NCBI RefSeq assembly: GCF_963921235.1 | Contig: NC_086099.1 | Coordinates: 77,066,001 to 77,130,000, forward strand | DNA: 64,000 bases | Direction: 5' to 3' | Origin: Mobula hypostoma | Lineage: Eukaryota | Part shown: one piece after another, positions 63,857-64,000 of the stretch | Numbering within the stretch: the first letter of the stretch is position 1 | Layout: the number at the start of each line of letters is the position of its first letter | Made by a program: the position numbers and the translations under genes | The notes under the pieces: model-generated | Database searches by the model: none | Told to the model about the DNA's origin: nothing | The model's input: the letters and a program-made list of their open reading frames with translations, nothing else

Positions 63857-64000
63857 TTTGGGGAATAATCTGGGATACCTTCTAATGACCCATCCTGTGG
63901 CCAGTCTAAGCGGGTGAATATTTTAAGAATTAATACTCATACTTGGACCTCTTTGGGTCGGTGGCTACACAAACACAGGGGAGAACTGTAATGGTAGATA

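Overview
Repeat-dense vertebrate genomic DNA, most likely a cartilaginous fish (ray/shark-type V-SINEs, CR1 with esterase ORF1, Rex1/Babar LINEs, Neptune-type Penelope-like elements). I could not identify an intact host gene. The window is a stack of nested transposable elements: CR1 and Rex1/Babar LINE fragments, two large Penelope-like elements plus short derivatives carrying degenerate minimal hammerhead-ribozyme cores, Tc1, mariner, Tigger/pogo and hAT DNA transposons, two internally deleted Gypsy elements, solo LTRs and three minisatellites. The standout is a minus-strand Gypsy element (~29962-34853) whose RT-RNaseH-integrase region is replaced by an intronless fragment of the host splicing-factor mRNA RBM25 (RRM domain). 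The fragment is in the element's sense orientation, is apparently in frame at both junctions, and was later interrupted by a hAT transposon and a mariner MITE. Other notable items are a 2.9-kb solo LTR inflated by a minisatellite, a four-TIR palindromic mariner MITE and a candidate box C/D snoRNA. Coordinates of decayed repeats are approximate, and family names come from motif recognition, not database searches.
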